A stretch of 54,764 nt of DNA, taken from positions 1-54,764 of IMG/VR virus record IMGVR_UViG_3300025769_012369; one strand, given 5' to 3'. Shown here in pieces: positions 41,005-51,241 of this stretch. Under the pieces are notes generated by a model that worked only from the letters and a program-made list of their open reading frames with translations, did no database searches and was not told the origin of the DNA. The stretch's first letter is position 1, and each line of letters begins with the position of its first letter. The DNA comes from a virus. Taxonomy: Duplodnaviria; Caudoviricetes. The translations under genes were made by a program, and so were the position numbers.

Positions 41005-43595
41005 CGGGTGTCCAGTCGGATGTTGGCGATGCGCTCGTTCTGGGCCTCCATCTGCGTGGCCAGGTTCTCAAGTTGTTGCCGGGTCAGTAGCTGTCCGTTG
41101 GCCGTGATCTGGAAAAAGTTCCGCATCGCCTCCTGGAACAGCTGGGACTGGTTTGCTTGGTCGCCCTGGGCCTGCTGCAGTGCCCGGTCAGCGGCCGCGA
41201 AATCGGCTCCACCCACTTGGCTTGGATTCGTGGCCGGTCGTGCGTTGAGGGCACTTCCCGCTGTGCTGACACCCCCGGTGCGGTTCAAGTCGATCTGGGA
41301 CGATTCTGCGGCCGATACGGCAGCTTGTAGGTCGGGGCGTTGCTGCAGGGCTTGGATGTCGGCTACGCTCCCCCCGGTTTCCGCCTCGGCGATCTTGCGC
41401 TCGTCGATCATCTTCTCCAGCTTGATCTGGAGATCCTCGGCCGCTCGTTGGTTCGCAATGGAACCCTGAGCGGTCCCGGCCTGGTTCGCCAAGGCGGTGA
41501 ACTTGTCGATCTGCTTTCGTAGGTTGTCGACGGCGTCACGGAACTGCTGGTTTTCGACACGGGACATTTGGTTGACCGCTGCTGTGTCGGACTTCAGTTT
41601 AAACTCCTCGACCGCGGACTTGGAAGCGTCCATCGTGGCCTCCACCTTCTTGCGGGCGTTCTCCAGGGCGGCGTCGTTCTGTTCCCTGGTCTCCTTGAGG
41701 GTTTCCAGGATGCCCTTCTTCAGAGACTCCAACTCCTGCATCCGCTTCATCGGTCCCTGCACAACCTGCTCGCTGGTGATGAGGTCGGAGCCTTCAACGG
41801 CTGCGCGGCCTGCTTCCAGCTTCCGGCGTCGGGCGTCCTGGCCCTGGCCGATGGCTCGATCCCGTGCTTCCTGAAGTGCAGATACGCGCTTGTCGATTTC
41901 CGCTTTCTCCGCGTCGGTGGTGGGTTGGAAGTAGCCCGGCCCCATGCCGGTTACGTCGGGGTGGTAGGTGCCGTCACGTCCTGCCAGGGCCTCCCTGATC
42001 TGCGTGTCCAAGGTGCCTACACGAAACTGTGCCGCCTGTTCTTCCCGTCCGGCCTGCTGGCGGTCCTGCAGTAGCTTCAGGGCCTTGTCATACTCCATGA
42101 CCTGCTCCTGAAGTTCTTGGTATTTCCCGGCGATGAATTCGGCCGTCGCCCGGTTCGCCTCAATCACCTTGTTGTTGTGTTCCAGGGTCCGCGCCAGGGC
42201 AAGTTGCTCATACCGTTGCCGGATCTCAAATTCCTTTTTGATGGCGGTCTGCTCGTCGACACCACCGCGCCCCGCGCCCAGCTTGCGCTTGCGTTCCAGT
42301 TGGGCGAGCTCCAGGGCCATCTGCGCGTTCGCCCGACGATCCTCTGCTGCCTTGAGCCGGTTCAATGCCGACTCCTCCTCGGCCAGGGCCGCGGCTGCGT
42401 CCCTGGTTGCGGCCGCTAGGTCTTTCTGCACCTGTTCCAGGTTCTTGGCGATCCGATCCTGATCCTCCATCGACATCGTCAGGTTCTCGGTCGCGTTGGC
42501 AAAATCGTTCACCGGGTCAATGGTGGTCGTCAGCACGTCGGCCCAGAACCCCGTCACCAGGATGAGTTGCTGCATGATTTCTTGCAGTATGCCGGACTTG
42601 CTTATCCAGTTGCCGATCCCCCCAAAGAAGTCGCCCACGTTGTTCTTCAGGGTCGTGAACTGCCCGGTCAAGGTCTTGGTCTTGGCCTCCAGCATTCCAC
42701 CGCCACGCTGGGCAAGTTGCTCATAAAGTTTGTCCAGGGTCTTGGTCTTGTCCCCCATGTCCTCCACAACAATGCCGTATTCGGAAAACATGCCGAACTG
42801 CCCCTGCAGTGCCCTTTTGATGACCATCGACGCAGACTCGATGTTACCGCCCATGAGGCCCGCCAGGTTCTTGACGGCCTCCATGTCCTTTTGTAGTCGC
42901 TGGGTGTTGCTGCCGAACTGAAGCAGGTTTGCGGCGGCTCGGTTCCAGCGTTCGTCCCCGACGTTTGTCGCGCTCTGGAAATCGTTGCTCAGAGCCTGGA
43001 TCTGCTTTCGGACCTCTGGGACGTTCTGCCCCATGTTCTTCAGCGCGTTGTCCAGCTCCGCGACTGCGTCCTGCTTTTGCGAGAATTCGTCCAAGGCCCT
43101 GCGGGCACCCTTCAGTGCGGCCGTGAACCCCATCACGACCACGGCGAGCTTGCCGAAGGCTGCACCCATGCCCGGCAGCTCCTTCCCGGCGTTGATCATG
43201 CCCTTGAGTCCACCGCCTGCGCCCTTGTAGGCGTCACGCAGCTTCATGGCGTCGTCCTTGAGCTGCCCCAGGCCCTTCTTCTGTTCCGGTTGCTCGGGAG
43301 GCTTGATGTTGTGTTTCTTTTGGAGCGAATCCAGTTGCTCCTCAAGCGGGGCCGTCTCGGCTCCCATCTCACGCATCTTGGCGATGGTTTTCTCCAGGCC
43401 GTCGGCGGCACGGACTGCCGCTGCCGCTTCTGAGTTGAGCGCGGTGTCCAGCTTGGTCAGCTCGGCCTCGAGATTCTTGGTCTCCCCTCCCGCCTCCTTG
43501 GTTGCATTGATGGCCTCCTCAAGTGCCTTCTTTGTCTTCTCGGCGTTCTTGAGGTCACCAACGGTCTCAATCTCAATGCGGAACTCGTTGCCCAT
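41001..43595 (-). CDS. Tape measure protein
   Basis: 864 aa Ala/Glu/Gln/Lys-rich helical protein; AVKNLAGLMG...GQFGMFSEYGI...TLTGQFTTLKNNVGDF TMP-like segment. Confidence 0.85.
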   Translation of the reverse strand: MGNEFRIEIETVGDLKNAEKTKKALEEAINATKEAGGETKNLEAELTKLDTALNSEAAAAVRAADGLEKTIAKMREMGAETAPLEEQLDSLQKKHNIKPPEQPEQKKGLGQLKDDAMKLRDAYKGAGGGLKGMINAGKELPGMGAAFGKLAVVVMGFTAALKGARRALDEFSQKQDAVAELDNALKNMGQNVPEVRKQIQALSNDFQSATNVGDERWNRAAANLLQFGSNTQRLQKDMEAVKNLAGLMGGNIESASMVIKRALQGQFGMFSEYGIVVEDMGDKTKTLDKLYEQLAQRGGGMLEAKTKTLTGQFTTLKNNVGDFFGGIGNWISKSGILQEIMQQLILVTGFWADVLTTTIDPVNDFANATENLTMSMEDQDRIAKNLEQVQKDLAAATRDAAAALAEEESALNRLKAAEDRRANAQMALELAQLERKRKLGAGRGGVDEQTAIKKEFEIRQRYEQLALARTLEHNNKVIEANRATAEFIAGKYQELQEQVMEYDKALKLLQDRQQAGREEQAAQFRVGTLDTQIREALAGRDGTYHPDVTGMGPGYFQPTTDAEKAEIDKRVSALQEARDRAIGQGQDARRRKLEAGRAAVEGSDLITSEQVVQGPMKRMQELESLKKGILETLKETREQNDAALENARKKVEATMDASKSAVEEFKLKSDTAAVNQMSRVENQQFRDAVDNLRKQIDKFTALANQAGTAQGSIANQRAAEDLQIKLEKMIDERKIAEAETGGSVADIQALQQRPDLQAAVSAAESSQIDLNRTGGVSTAGSALNARPATNPSQVGGADFAAADRALQQAQGDQANQSQLFQEAMRNFFQITANGQLLTRQQLENLATQMEAQNERIANIRLDTR

Positions 43596-43633
43596 GCTTT
43601 TATTTAGATCAGGTCAAGGCTGAATCGACAAAC

Positions 43634-44686
43634 CTATTCAGTCTCCTTGTCCTCGTTGCGGTCTGCGAAATACTGCTCCATCTCCTGCACTACGTTCAGC
43701 TTGTCGGTGTTCCAGCGCAGCGTCCCGTCCTCGTCGTAAATCAGTTCCTTTGCCGGGTCGACGCCAATTACAATCTTGCTCCGGTAGGCATACTGCCGGT
43801 CTTCCCTGGTCCCGTGGAACAGGTGCTTCACCCTGCAGTGGATGACGCCGATCTGCCCGCGCACGTAGCGATGGACCGGCTCACCCCACCGCTTCATGTC
43901 GTCGATGAACTCATGGTTGTATTGCTTGAAGAACCAGGTATCCCAGAACCCTTGAAACCCGCCGAAGGTATGCACCGCGTCACCGCCCCCAGTGATCATC
44001 TTGTCATAGAGTCCATCGAAGCGGGTGAACAGTTCCCGGTGAACTGCCCAGGCTCCCCCTGGTCGGCCCTTTCCATGGGGCGGTCGCTTGTTCGGGTCAT
44101 CGCGGCCCAGGACGCACCACTCTTGCGCCAGGCTTGCGCTGTCGGCCCGTGTGATGGTCTTCAGGTCCGGCCCAAGGTCGTCCATGTAGTTCCAGCACTG
44201 GACGGCCGGGATGTGGTCGAGCCGGTCGCTTGCCTCCCAGGCCCAGTCATGATGCTCCCAAAGCATGTCACAATCCACGAACGCGATCTTTGTGAACCTG
44301 GGCGGGACGATCCGCTCGCAGTGGTTCAGCAGGTTCTCTTTGTGCATGAATCGCTCCTTGACCGGAACATGCACCGTCTCGTTGTTGTGGATCGTGGGCT
44401 TGTGCCCCGGCAGGACTCCCTCGGCTGTGTAGACTGGAACACCTGCTCGTCGTAGTGCGTCGAGAAACAGGTCGTAGTTCCGTCTCAGGTTTCGGGTTCC
44501 TGCAGGGTTGTAGTAGCAGGTAATGACAGCGATGTCTGTTCGGACCGGGAAGGGTCTTCGCTCTGGCGTTGTGGTCTGAACCGGCGTCGGCGCGGTTGGT
44601 TGCTCGGCTTGAATACCATGCTCCCGTTCTTCCGCTGTCGTTGGCTGGGCTTTAGACGCACCGCTTTTGTCATACCATCGCGGCAT
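43634..44686 (-). CDS. GT-A-fold glycosyltransferase-like protein
   Basis: AVITCYYNP, HKENLLN, FVDCDMLW (DxD), GGAWAV, GGGD, HLFHG. Confidence 0.7.
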   Translation of the reverse strand: MPRWYDKSGASKAQPTTAEEREHGIQAEQPTAPTPVQTTTPERRPFPVRTDIAVITCYYNPAGTRNLRRNYDLFLDALRRAGVPVYTAEGVLPGHKPTIHNNETVHVPVKERFMHKENLLNHCERIVPPRFTKIAFVDCDMLWEHHDWAWEASDRLDHIPAVQCWNYMDDLGPDLKTITRADSASLAQEWCVLGRDDPNKRPPHGKGRPGGAWAVHRELFTRFDGLYDKMITGGGDAVHTFGGFQGFWDTWFFKQYNHEFIDDMKRWGEPVHRYVRGQIGVIHCRVKHLFHGTREDRQYAYRSKIVIGVDPAKELIYDEDGTLRWNTDKLNVVQEMEQYFADRNEDKETE

Positions 44687-44701
44687 CGATCACCGGGCGG
44701 T

Positions 44702-45115
44702 TCAGTCGCAGGTGATTGAGAACGCGGCCGCCAGCCAGCGAGGCGTGTCGCCGGATACGATGGAACGGCTCTGCGTCAAGGCACCCCAGAACAGCAGGTT
44801 GCCGCTGCTGGAGGCGTCGTAGATGCCCCAATGCGTCACGGTTCCCCAGTTGGCCGATGCCTGCGGGAACTGGACCGTGGTCCCGTTCTCCTTCTTCGAC
44901 ACCCCTGCCGTTGTGGTGGCCGCTGGAAAGTTTGTATCGTTGTTTGTCATCTCCACGCGGGCGTAGCTGCCCCCGGTGACCTCTGTTCCGTTTCCGTCGT
45001 CGTCCGGCGCGGCCGTGAACAGGGCGAAGTAGACATTCGTTGGGGCCGTGTAGGCGGCTGCTCCCAGGACGTGGTCCAGGATTTCCTTTTCGAGATAGTT
45101 GCTTGCTGCACTCAT
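44702..45115 (-). CDS. Small tail protein
   Basis: SNYLEKEILDHV...ALFTAAP...EVTGGSYAR...FPQASANWGTVTHWGIYDA...GNLLFWGAL, a widespread phage tail family pattern. Confidence 0.8.
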   Translation of the reverse strand: MSAASNYLEKEILDHVLGAAAYTAPTNVYFALFTAAPDDDGNGTEVTGGSYARVEMTNNDTNFPAATTTAGVSKKENGTTVQFPQASANWGTVTHWGIYDASSSGNLLFWGALTQSRSIVSGDTPRWLAAAFSITCD

Positions 45116-45126
45116 ACGTTTCCTTT

Positions 45127-47799
45127 CTATGCTTCATCGCCCATCGAAGCAATCGCGTAATCATGCTCGATGTCGATTCGTTGGGCCGATGTCCAGGCCC
45201 AGTTCCAAAAGTGATAATACGTTCCGGACTTCGGGTTCTGTGCCCCACTGGTCGATGTCGGGTGCGTCCCGTTCACGTGAGAACCAATCTGCCCGTCAGG
45301 CAAATAAAATACACTCGGCACCCCGGTTCCTAGTGTGCTTCCCCATACAACCAATCGGCCGGTTGTGGTGATGGCGGCGGCGATGGCCTGGCTTGAGTAG
45401 GTGCTCAACGCTACGTCGATGGCTCCCTCGTCGATCACAAAGTCAGGGATGGCTGCGGTCACTGCGGCGTCTCCACCCAGGGGAAACGTCACCGTGCCGT
45501 CTTCCTTCAGGGCAATTGCCATGTCTCCAGATACCTTGCACTCGATGAACCGCGTCCCTGATCCGCTGTCGTAGTAGCTCGCGCCTGCGGAATCTGTGAT
45601 TCGCAACCGCCCAGGTGATTTGCGCCCCCCGACCAGGTAGGCGAACCCTGCGTAGGTGAATGCCTCGGCACTTGGGTCGATGTAGGCGAACTTCCCGTTG
45701 GCCCGGTTGTTTCCGCGCATGTGGGAAACTGGTCCCGACATCGGCGGCAAGGTCAGCCATGTGCTTCCGCTGATCTTGTAGAGTTCAGCAGGCCAGGTTG
45801 TGCTGGTGTAGAACTGATACTCCGTCGCAGGAACCGGCACGCAGTAGATGCCGCCGACCGTGTCCTTTGCGACGAACAGGCTTCGCAGGTATTGATACCT
45901 CGGGCGCATCATGCTGGCGGTGGGCTGCGGACAGTTGCCCCATGCAAACGTGATCTGCGGCTTGCCCGTGGCTACACCGTACGCAGCTTGGAAGAAATAC
46001 GGGTAATTGTTGTTCGACACGTAGCCGACTGCGATGTCCTCGGTGAATTGATGGAACAGCGCGTTGTCTCTCGTTATGATCGGTTCGACATGGTATTCGG
46101 CCGGGGCAGTTGGGTTTCCGAACACCTGCGCATTCCCTACTTCTTCTGGAACGTAACCATAAGAGCCAATCACTGGATACTTCGAAATGATGGCGCGATG
46201 CCCCCACACACCACCGTCATACATTTTGGGGTTGTGCCGGGCGACCCAGAACTTCGGCGTCGTAATGACGTGGATCATGTCCTCACGCCAACCTGCAGAC
46301 GTGTTCTTGCTGAACTCAAACTCGCTTGCCTTCTTGAACCAGGACGCAGGCAGCAGGTCGTTGTTGTTGTAGGTGTCCGGCCAGGCCCAGACATTCCCCG
46401 CTACGGGTGGTCCTGCAGCGACCTGAATGCTCATCGCGTCCTGGTTGCCCAGCTTCACAATCTCGAAACCAACTTCGTGATCGAACTCCATGCTGCCCTC
46501 GTCGGCGGCATCCGTTCCCAGGGCCATCTCGAGGGTTAGGTTCTGCTCGATGATGCCCTGCGCTTCGAACACTTTGAAACCCATCTTGGTGCGGGTGTCT
46601 CCGATGTAGCTGATGCTCATGCTGCCGCCGTTGTAAAAACTGACCGCATACCACTTGTAGGGCTTGTCGTTGGTGATGGTGATTTCCTTCACCTCGTTCC
46701 AGTCCCAGTCTAATGCCCCGTTCTCATAGAGCTTTTCCCACATGAATTCGCTCGTCGGAGTCTCCAGTGTCGATCCCCAGATGCGGACGCCCCTTGGAAC
46801 CCACCAAAGCGTGGCTTTGTTGAACTTTCCGAGTCTGAACCGCTTTGCGATTGCGCCTCCGGTCTGCGGGACGCGCACGGCTAGAATCGGAAGGATGTCC
46901 TTCCCTTGGTAAGCCGAGTAGGGCGCGTTCGTCAGGTAGGTGCTGACGTAGTTCGCGTCGTCGTTGGCCCCGTAATAGGCCGGGGTTAGCTGATACGGGT
47001 TCCAACCGTAGGCGTCCTTGATCTCGACGTTTACGTTGAACACGTCAGCAGGGTCCGGTGGGTTCGCAACCAGTATGTAGGGCGGGGAATGGGTGTTGCC
47101 CTCTCCGATCAGCAGGCGGGCCTTCTGCGGGCTGGGGGCGTCGTCCCCGGTGAAGGGGTTCCAGATGTCCACGTACGCGGCCGCGTCCTCCAGGAACTCC
47201 ATCTGCGCCGTGCCGACCAAACTCATGTCCATTGTGATCAGAGACGTGCTGTGCTGGAACCGCATCACTGCAGCCGCTCCAAGATCCCAATAATTCGGCC
47301 CGACCTCTCCAACGAACTCGATGTCAGCAGTCGCTGCAAGCTCGACGGGGTTGCCCTCCACGGTGCCGATGAACTCGACCTCCTCGGTTGCAGCAATGGC
47401 CATGTCGGCAGTCAGGTTCGCGGACGGGTTCCCGAATGACATCGCGCTGTGCGCTGTCAGGTTCCGAAGCAATTCAAGGATCGGTGCCCCGTCGATCACC
47501 TGCATTGCACCGGCCGCTTCAAGTTGAACGTCCAGGCCCAAGTTCTGGTCGCCGCCTTCGAAGTCCATGAACACATCCTGCGACACCAGGACGATCTCGC
47601 CCTCGTCCACGTTGACCAGGTCGGACAGCCTGCAGATGAAAGGCATCTCGGCCGTCGACTCCAGGACGTTGTCCATCGTGAGCGCATCGCCTCCGGTGGC
47701 GAAGTCCATCGACACAGCGGAAGCCATGGATACCGGGTTGCCGGACTCAGCAACGCCAGCGTGGTGCTTCCTTCTGTGGTGTTCGTGGCCCTGGGGCAT
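45127..47799 (-). CDS. Tail fibre / receptor-binding protein
   Basis: 890 aa; N-terminal periodic beta repeats (LxAxAxMxF), an aromatic-rich lectin-like middle and propeller-like C-terminal repeats. Confidence 0.6.
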   Translation of the reverse strand: MPQGHEHHRRKHHAGVAESGNPVSMASAVSMDFATGGDALTMDNVLESTAEMPFICRLSDLVNVDEGEIVLVSQDVFMDFEGGDQNLGLDVQLEAAGAMQVIDGAPILELLRNLTAHSAMSFGNPSANLTADMAIAATEEVEFIGTVEGNPVELAATADIEFVGEVGPNYWDLGAAAVMRFQHSTSLITMDMSLVGTAQMEFLEDAAAYVDIWNPFTGDDAPSPQKARLLIGEGNTHSPPYILVANPPDPADVFNVNVEIKDAYGWNPYQLTPAYYGANDDANYVSTYLTNAPYSAYQGKDILPILAVRVPQTGGAIAKRFRLGKFNKATLWWVPRGVRIWGSTLETPTSEFMWEKLYENGALDWDWNEVKEITITNDKPYKWYAVSFYNGGSMSISYIGDTRTKMGFKVFEAQGIIEQNLTLEMALGTDAADEGSMEFDHEVGFEIVKLGNQDAMSIQVAAGPPVAGNVWAWPDTYNNNDLLPASWFKKASEFEFSKNTSAGWREDMIHVITTPKFWVARHNPKMYDGGVWGHRAIISKYPVIGSYGYVPEEVGNAQVFGNPTAPAEYHVEPIITRDNALFHQFTEDIAVGYVSNNNYPYFFQAAYGVATGKPQITFAWGNCPQPTASMMRPRYQYLRSLFVAKDTVGGIYCVPVPATEYQFYTSTTWPAELYKISGSTWLTLPPMSGPVSHMRGNNRANGKFAYIDPSAEAFTYAGFAYLVGGRKSPGRLRITDSAGASYYDSGSGTRFIECKVSGDMAIALKEDGTVTFPLGGDAAVTAAIPDFVIDEGAIDVALSTYSSQAIAAAITTTGRLVVWGSTLGTGVPSVFYLPDGQIGSHVNGTHPTSTSGAQNPKSGTYYHFWNWAWTSAQRIDIEHDYAIASMGDEA

Positions 47800-47802
47800 G
47801 GC

Positions 47803-50800
47803 TTATGTCCAGACGACTGGTTCCGTGGTGGTTTCCTTATACTGCATTCGGGCTTGATGCAGCCGGACCTTGTCCCCGGCCGTGTCGTTCCCGTGGGTGC
47901 CTTTGCGCCTGATCCTGATCCACATTGTTGTGGTCTGGCTGTGGGTGCCGGACGGGGTCACGTTAAACACCGGGCTGTGCTTCTTCTCCGCGATGTCCGG
48001 CAACGTGGTGTCGACCTCCACTTCGGCTGGCCAGGCAACACTGTCGATGTCGACCTCGTCTTCGATCAGAACCGCGCTGACTCCGAACCGGGCAATGTTG
48101 CCCGCGACAATGCTTCCCTGGCCCTGCAGGACCAGCTTCATCTTGAAAGCGTTCCCGTCCCACTCCTGGGGCAGTGTCGTCTTGATCTGCACCTGCTCAG
48201 CGGCCGCGTCGGCGAACAGGTAAAGGTCGGCGACTCTGTTCTCGGTCGCCGTGCTGTTGACCGCGGCCTCGGCTGGGTCCGCGCTGGGTGGTGTCATGGA
48301 GGCAGCATCGAAGACGCGCTCCCGGTAGCTGCCCACGTTGACCGATGCGGAGTCAGAAACCAGTTCGTGAATCCTCGCGCCCGTGGCGTCGATCATTACC
48401 CCTCGTCCGATGGGTACCTCGCCATAGGCTGCGAACTGGCCCACGACGAAAATCAGGTCATCCGATACCACGACCACCTGAGTCGGGCGCACACCTGCAA
48501 ACCCGGTGAACTCGACCAGGTTGATGCCCTGTGCGTCCACGCGATACAAGTTCCAGGCTGTCACGGCCGTGCCGTTGATGGTGGTCAAGTTGCCGGTGAA
48601 GTAGATGCGGCCCAGGCTGTCGATGGCCAGGGGGATCACATGGCTGTCGGCGTCCTTGGTGCAAGTGAAGTCGAACCCGGTGAAGGGCGTCCCCCTGGTT
48701 CCGGCCGTCCCGGCGTTCAGTTTGATCAGGCCGCTGCCGTCGTCATTGCTGCCACCTCCCCAAATGTAGTCGCTCCCGCCGTCATGGCTATCGCTGCCCC
48801 CTGCGACGATGTAAGCCCCGTTCGGGTCGGGGATGATACAATCTGCCCCGGCATTCCATCCAACGCCCCCTTGACTGCCCCAGAGCGATTCAACGGCCCC
48901 TGTGAAGACGCCGCCCGAGTCCTCGCAGAAGTCCAGGGCCTTGATTGCCTGGGGATTGTCGGTCGAGCCGTAGGTCGCGCCCGGTTTGCTGGTCAGGTAG
49001 GCGTAACACCCGATCACCGCCAGGTTGTTGAAGTCGTCGTCACCCGTCTCTGTGAACAGGGTCGCCCCCGTGTAGTCTGTGACGCGCAGCGTGCGATGGG
49101 TCAGCAGCAGAATCTTGTCCTCGAGAATGTCCAGGGCCAGGAGTTCGTCGGTGCCGCTCACCGCGATGGTGGCCGGGCTGGTCCAGGTGCCGACCACTGC
49201 GCCCAGGGGCGTGATCATGTGAACCCATGCAGAGCTGCCCCCGTTGTAGGTGGTCTTCGCGTTGTGGCCGATCAGCAGGTTGCCTCCCGGCATCACCTTG
49301 ATGTAGCTCGGGCCTGCGCTGAACCCGCTGCCTGCATCGAACAGGGGATCGACCTTGCCGTATCGGTCCAGCTTCACGATCCCAGGGGCGGGCACGTTGT
49401 CCCAGGTGGTGAAGTCGCCAATCAGGAAGATCCAATTCCCAGACTGCACCGCGTTGTTCACGTTCCCGTTCGCCCATCCGATTTCACTCAGGTCGAACCG
49501 CGCCTTGTCGGCCGCTGACATGAATCCGGCCGCTCCGCTGGTTGCCAGGCCCGGCATCGGGTGCGTGTGGTCGCTGTGGCTGAGTTTGCCGCTCGTTCCG
49601 ACCGAACCGGCCCCGGCTACGGTCAAGGCTCCAGGTGTGGACGTGGAGAACTGATAGTCGGAACCCTGGGCAAGCAGGCCCCAGGGTAGACCACTGCCCA
49701 CGTTGGCCGGGTCGTCTGGATCGTTGTCCAGGTTCCCGTTTTGCTGGCTGATGTAGGTGCTGCCCAGTCGGAACACAGCCTGGCCAATGGTGTAGGTCGT
49801 GGCCTCGTTGTAGGTGCCCTGCCAATCGAAGTCGGACGGGAGCAGAACCCAGTTATTGATGTCGCTCGCGTCCGTGCCGTTCAGCCAATAGATCCGGTTG
49901 TTGTCCACGCGCAGGGCGATGTCGCCCTTGTTGGCGGTCAGGGCCAGCATCGTGGTCTGGTCCGCGACTGATTCATGAACCGAGCCGTGCGCCTTGAGGA
50001 TGTTGACGACGTTCGTCGCAATGTCGGCCGTGTTCTGGGCGATGTCGTCAATCAGGTCTTGGATTGGTGCGGCTAGGGTGTAGCGGGCGTCGGACTCCTC
50101 GGCAGTGTAGTAGCTGGGACGGTAGACCATCGCCGTCACCAGGGCGTCAGGTGTGCCGGACAGTGTCACCTCAGTCGTCCCCGCGGTGAAGCGGGTCTCG
50201 GTGGTCGTGATCACGTTGCCGTCGTTGTCGATCTGGGTATCGTTGGCTCCCTTCTCCCAGGTGTAGACCTTGTTCGCGGTCACCGCCAGGACGTAGTTGC
50301 CGCTGCCATCGTAGACGGCCCCGTTGGGGATCAGGGAATCCCCGACCACCGGGCTGTTCTCCAGGGTGCCCGCTCCGTCTTCGTGTACGGTGAGCAGGGT
50401 CGCGCCCAGGGTGATCTCCTTCGCAGGCGTGTCGGTGGTCAGGGCATAGAATACCAGCCAGAGCTTGCGCGTGTTCGCGCCCTGCATGTCGAACCGGCTG
50501 TTGGACGTTGCAATCTCAAACGTGGCGTGCTGATCCGTCCCGGCTGTGAAGTTGGCGAGAACCAGGCTCCGGTTGATGTCCGCATACGCGACGGTCTCCT
50601 CGTAGATGTTGGCCCCTCCCAGGTCGTCGGGGTCTTTGATGACCAGGTTCACCGAGTCGAAGCACGACACATCGACCAGGGCGTCGTTTTCGAAAAAAGC
50701 GGCTTCGATCTTGATGTCGTTGCCGCGCCAAATCTCGGGCGCTTGTGAAGTCAGCGCATCTTGAAACTGGGTGCGCTTGTTGACGATGACCTTCGGACGG

Positions 50801-50823
50801 ATTCTCGATGTGCAAAATGGCAT
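47803..50823 (-). CDS. Tail fibre/baseplate adhesin with CBM-like and beta-propeller repeats
   Basis: About 1006 aa; BppU-like N-terminus, WQGTYNEATTYTIGQAVFRLGSTY (CBM5/12-like), LIGDFTTWDN...IVKLDRYGKVDPLF delta-60-like repeats. Confidence 0.7.
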   Translation of the reverse strand: MPFCTSRIRPKVIVNKRTQFQDALTSQAPEIWRGNDIKIEAAFFENDALVDVSCFDSVNLVIKDPDDLGGANIYEETVAYADINRSLVLANFTAGTDQHATFEIATSNSRFDMQGANTRKLWLVFYALTTDTPAKEITLGATLLTVHEDGAGTLENSPVVGDSLIPNGAVYDGSGNYVLAVTANKVYTWEKGANDTQIDNDGNVITTTETRFTAGTTEVTLSGTPDALVTAMVYRPSYYTAEESDARYTLAAPIQDLIDDIAQNTADIATNVVNILKAHGSVHESVADQTTMLALTANKGDIALRVDNNRIYWLNGTDASDINNWVLLPSDFDWQGTYNEATTYTIGQAVFRLGSTYISQQNGNLDNDPDDPANVGSGLPWGLLAQGSDYQFSTSTPGALTVAGAGSVGTSGKLSHSDHTHPMPGLATSGAAGFMSAADKARFDLSEIGWANGNVNNAVQSGNWIFLIGDFTTWDNVPAPGIVKLDRYGKVDPLFDAGSGFSAGPSYIKVMPGGNLLIGHNAKTTYNGGSSAWVHMITPLGAVVGTWTSPATIAVSGTDELLALDILEDKILLLTHRTLRVTDYTGATLFTETGDDDFNNLAVIGCYAYLTSKPGATYGSTDNPQAIKALDFCEDSGGVFTGAVESLWGSQGGVGWNAGADCIIPDPNGAYIVAGGSDSHDGGSDYIWGGGSNDDGSGLIKLNAGTAGTRGTPFTGFDFTCTKDADSHVIPLAIDSLGRIYFTGNLTTINGTAVTAWNLYRVDAQGINLVEFTGFAGVRPTQVVVVSDDLIFVVGQFAAYGEVPIGRGVMIDATGARIHELVSDSASVNVGSYRERVFDAASMTPPSADPAEAAVNSTATENRVADLYLFADAAAEQVQIKTTLPQEWDGNAFKMKLVLQGQGSIVAGNIARFGVSAVLIEDEVDIDSVAWPAEVEVDTTLPDIAEKKHSPVFNVTPSGTHSQTTTMWIRIRRKGTHGNDTAGDKVRLHQARMQYKETTTEPVVWT

Positions 50824-50833
50824 GGCTTGCTCC

Positions 50834-51241
50834 TCATGTTGGGACGGTTGACTGCAGCATACCGCCAACCGCCGTGTAGGTGTATCGGGTCGTCACTCCC
50901 ACATGATCACCGTCGAGGGCCTGCAGTTTACCCTTGGCGAAGTAGTATTTCCTCTCTGCGCTGTTCTCGTCGCGGATCGTGATCGTGATGCTGTCCACCA
51001 GGACTGGCAGCAGTGAAGCGTGCAGCAGCAGATGATCGTACGCGTCGAACAGGGTGGCGTGTTCCTTGATGACGTGCAGCGAGATGGACGCGGACAGGTT
51101 CTCCCGGTCGAACGTGTCGATGTGTCGAGCGCGGGGATACGCCTGCGACTCGATGATCCGGCCAGTCTTTACCTTGAACTGACTGACTGGATCACCGAAG
51201 TCGCAGAGGACGTATTGACCGATCTCGAACTTTACGTTCAC
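50834..51241 (-). CDS. Putative tail protein
   Basis: 135 aa, GTGA-coupled to the major tail gene. Confidence 0.55.
   Translation of the reverse strand: MNVKFEIGQYVLCDFGDPVSQFKVKTGRIIESQAYPRARHIDTFDRENLSASISLHVIKEHATLFDAYDHLLLHASLLPVLVDSITITIRDENSAERKYYFAKGKLQALDGDHVGVTTRYTYTAVGGMLQSTVPT

Noticed and set aside
45127-50823. Diversity-generating retroelement or invertible tail-fibre cassette
   Set aside because: I saw no reverse transcriptase, invertase or template/variable repeat pair.
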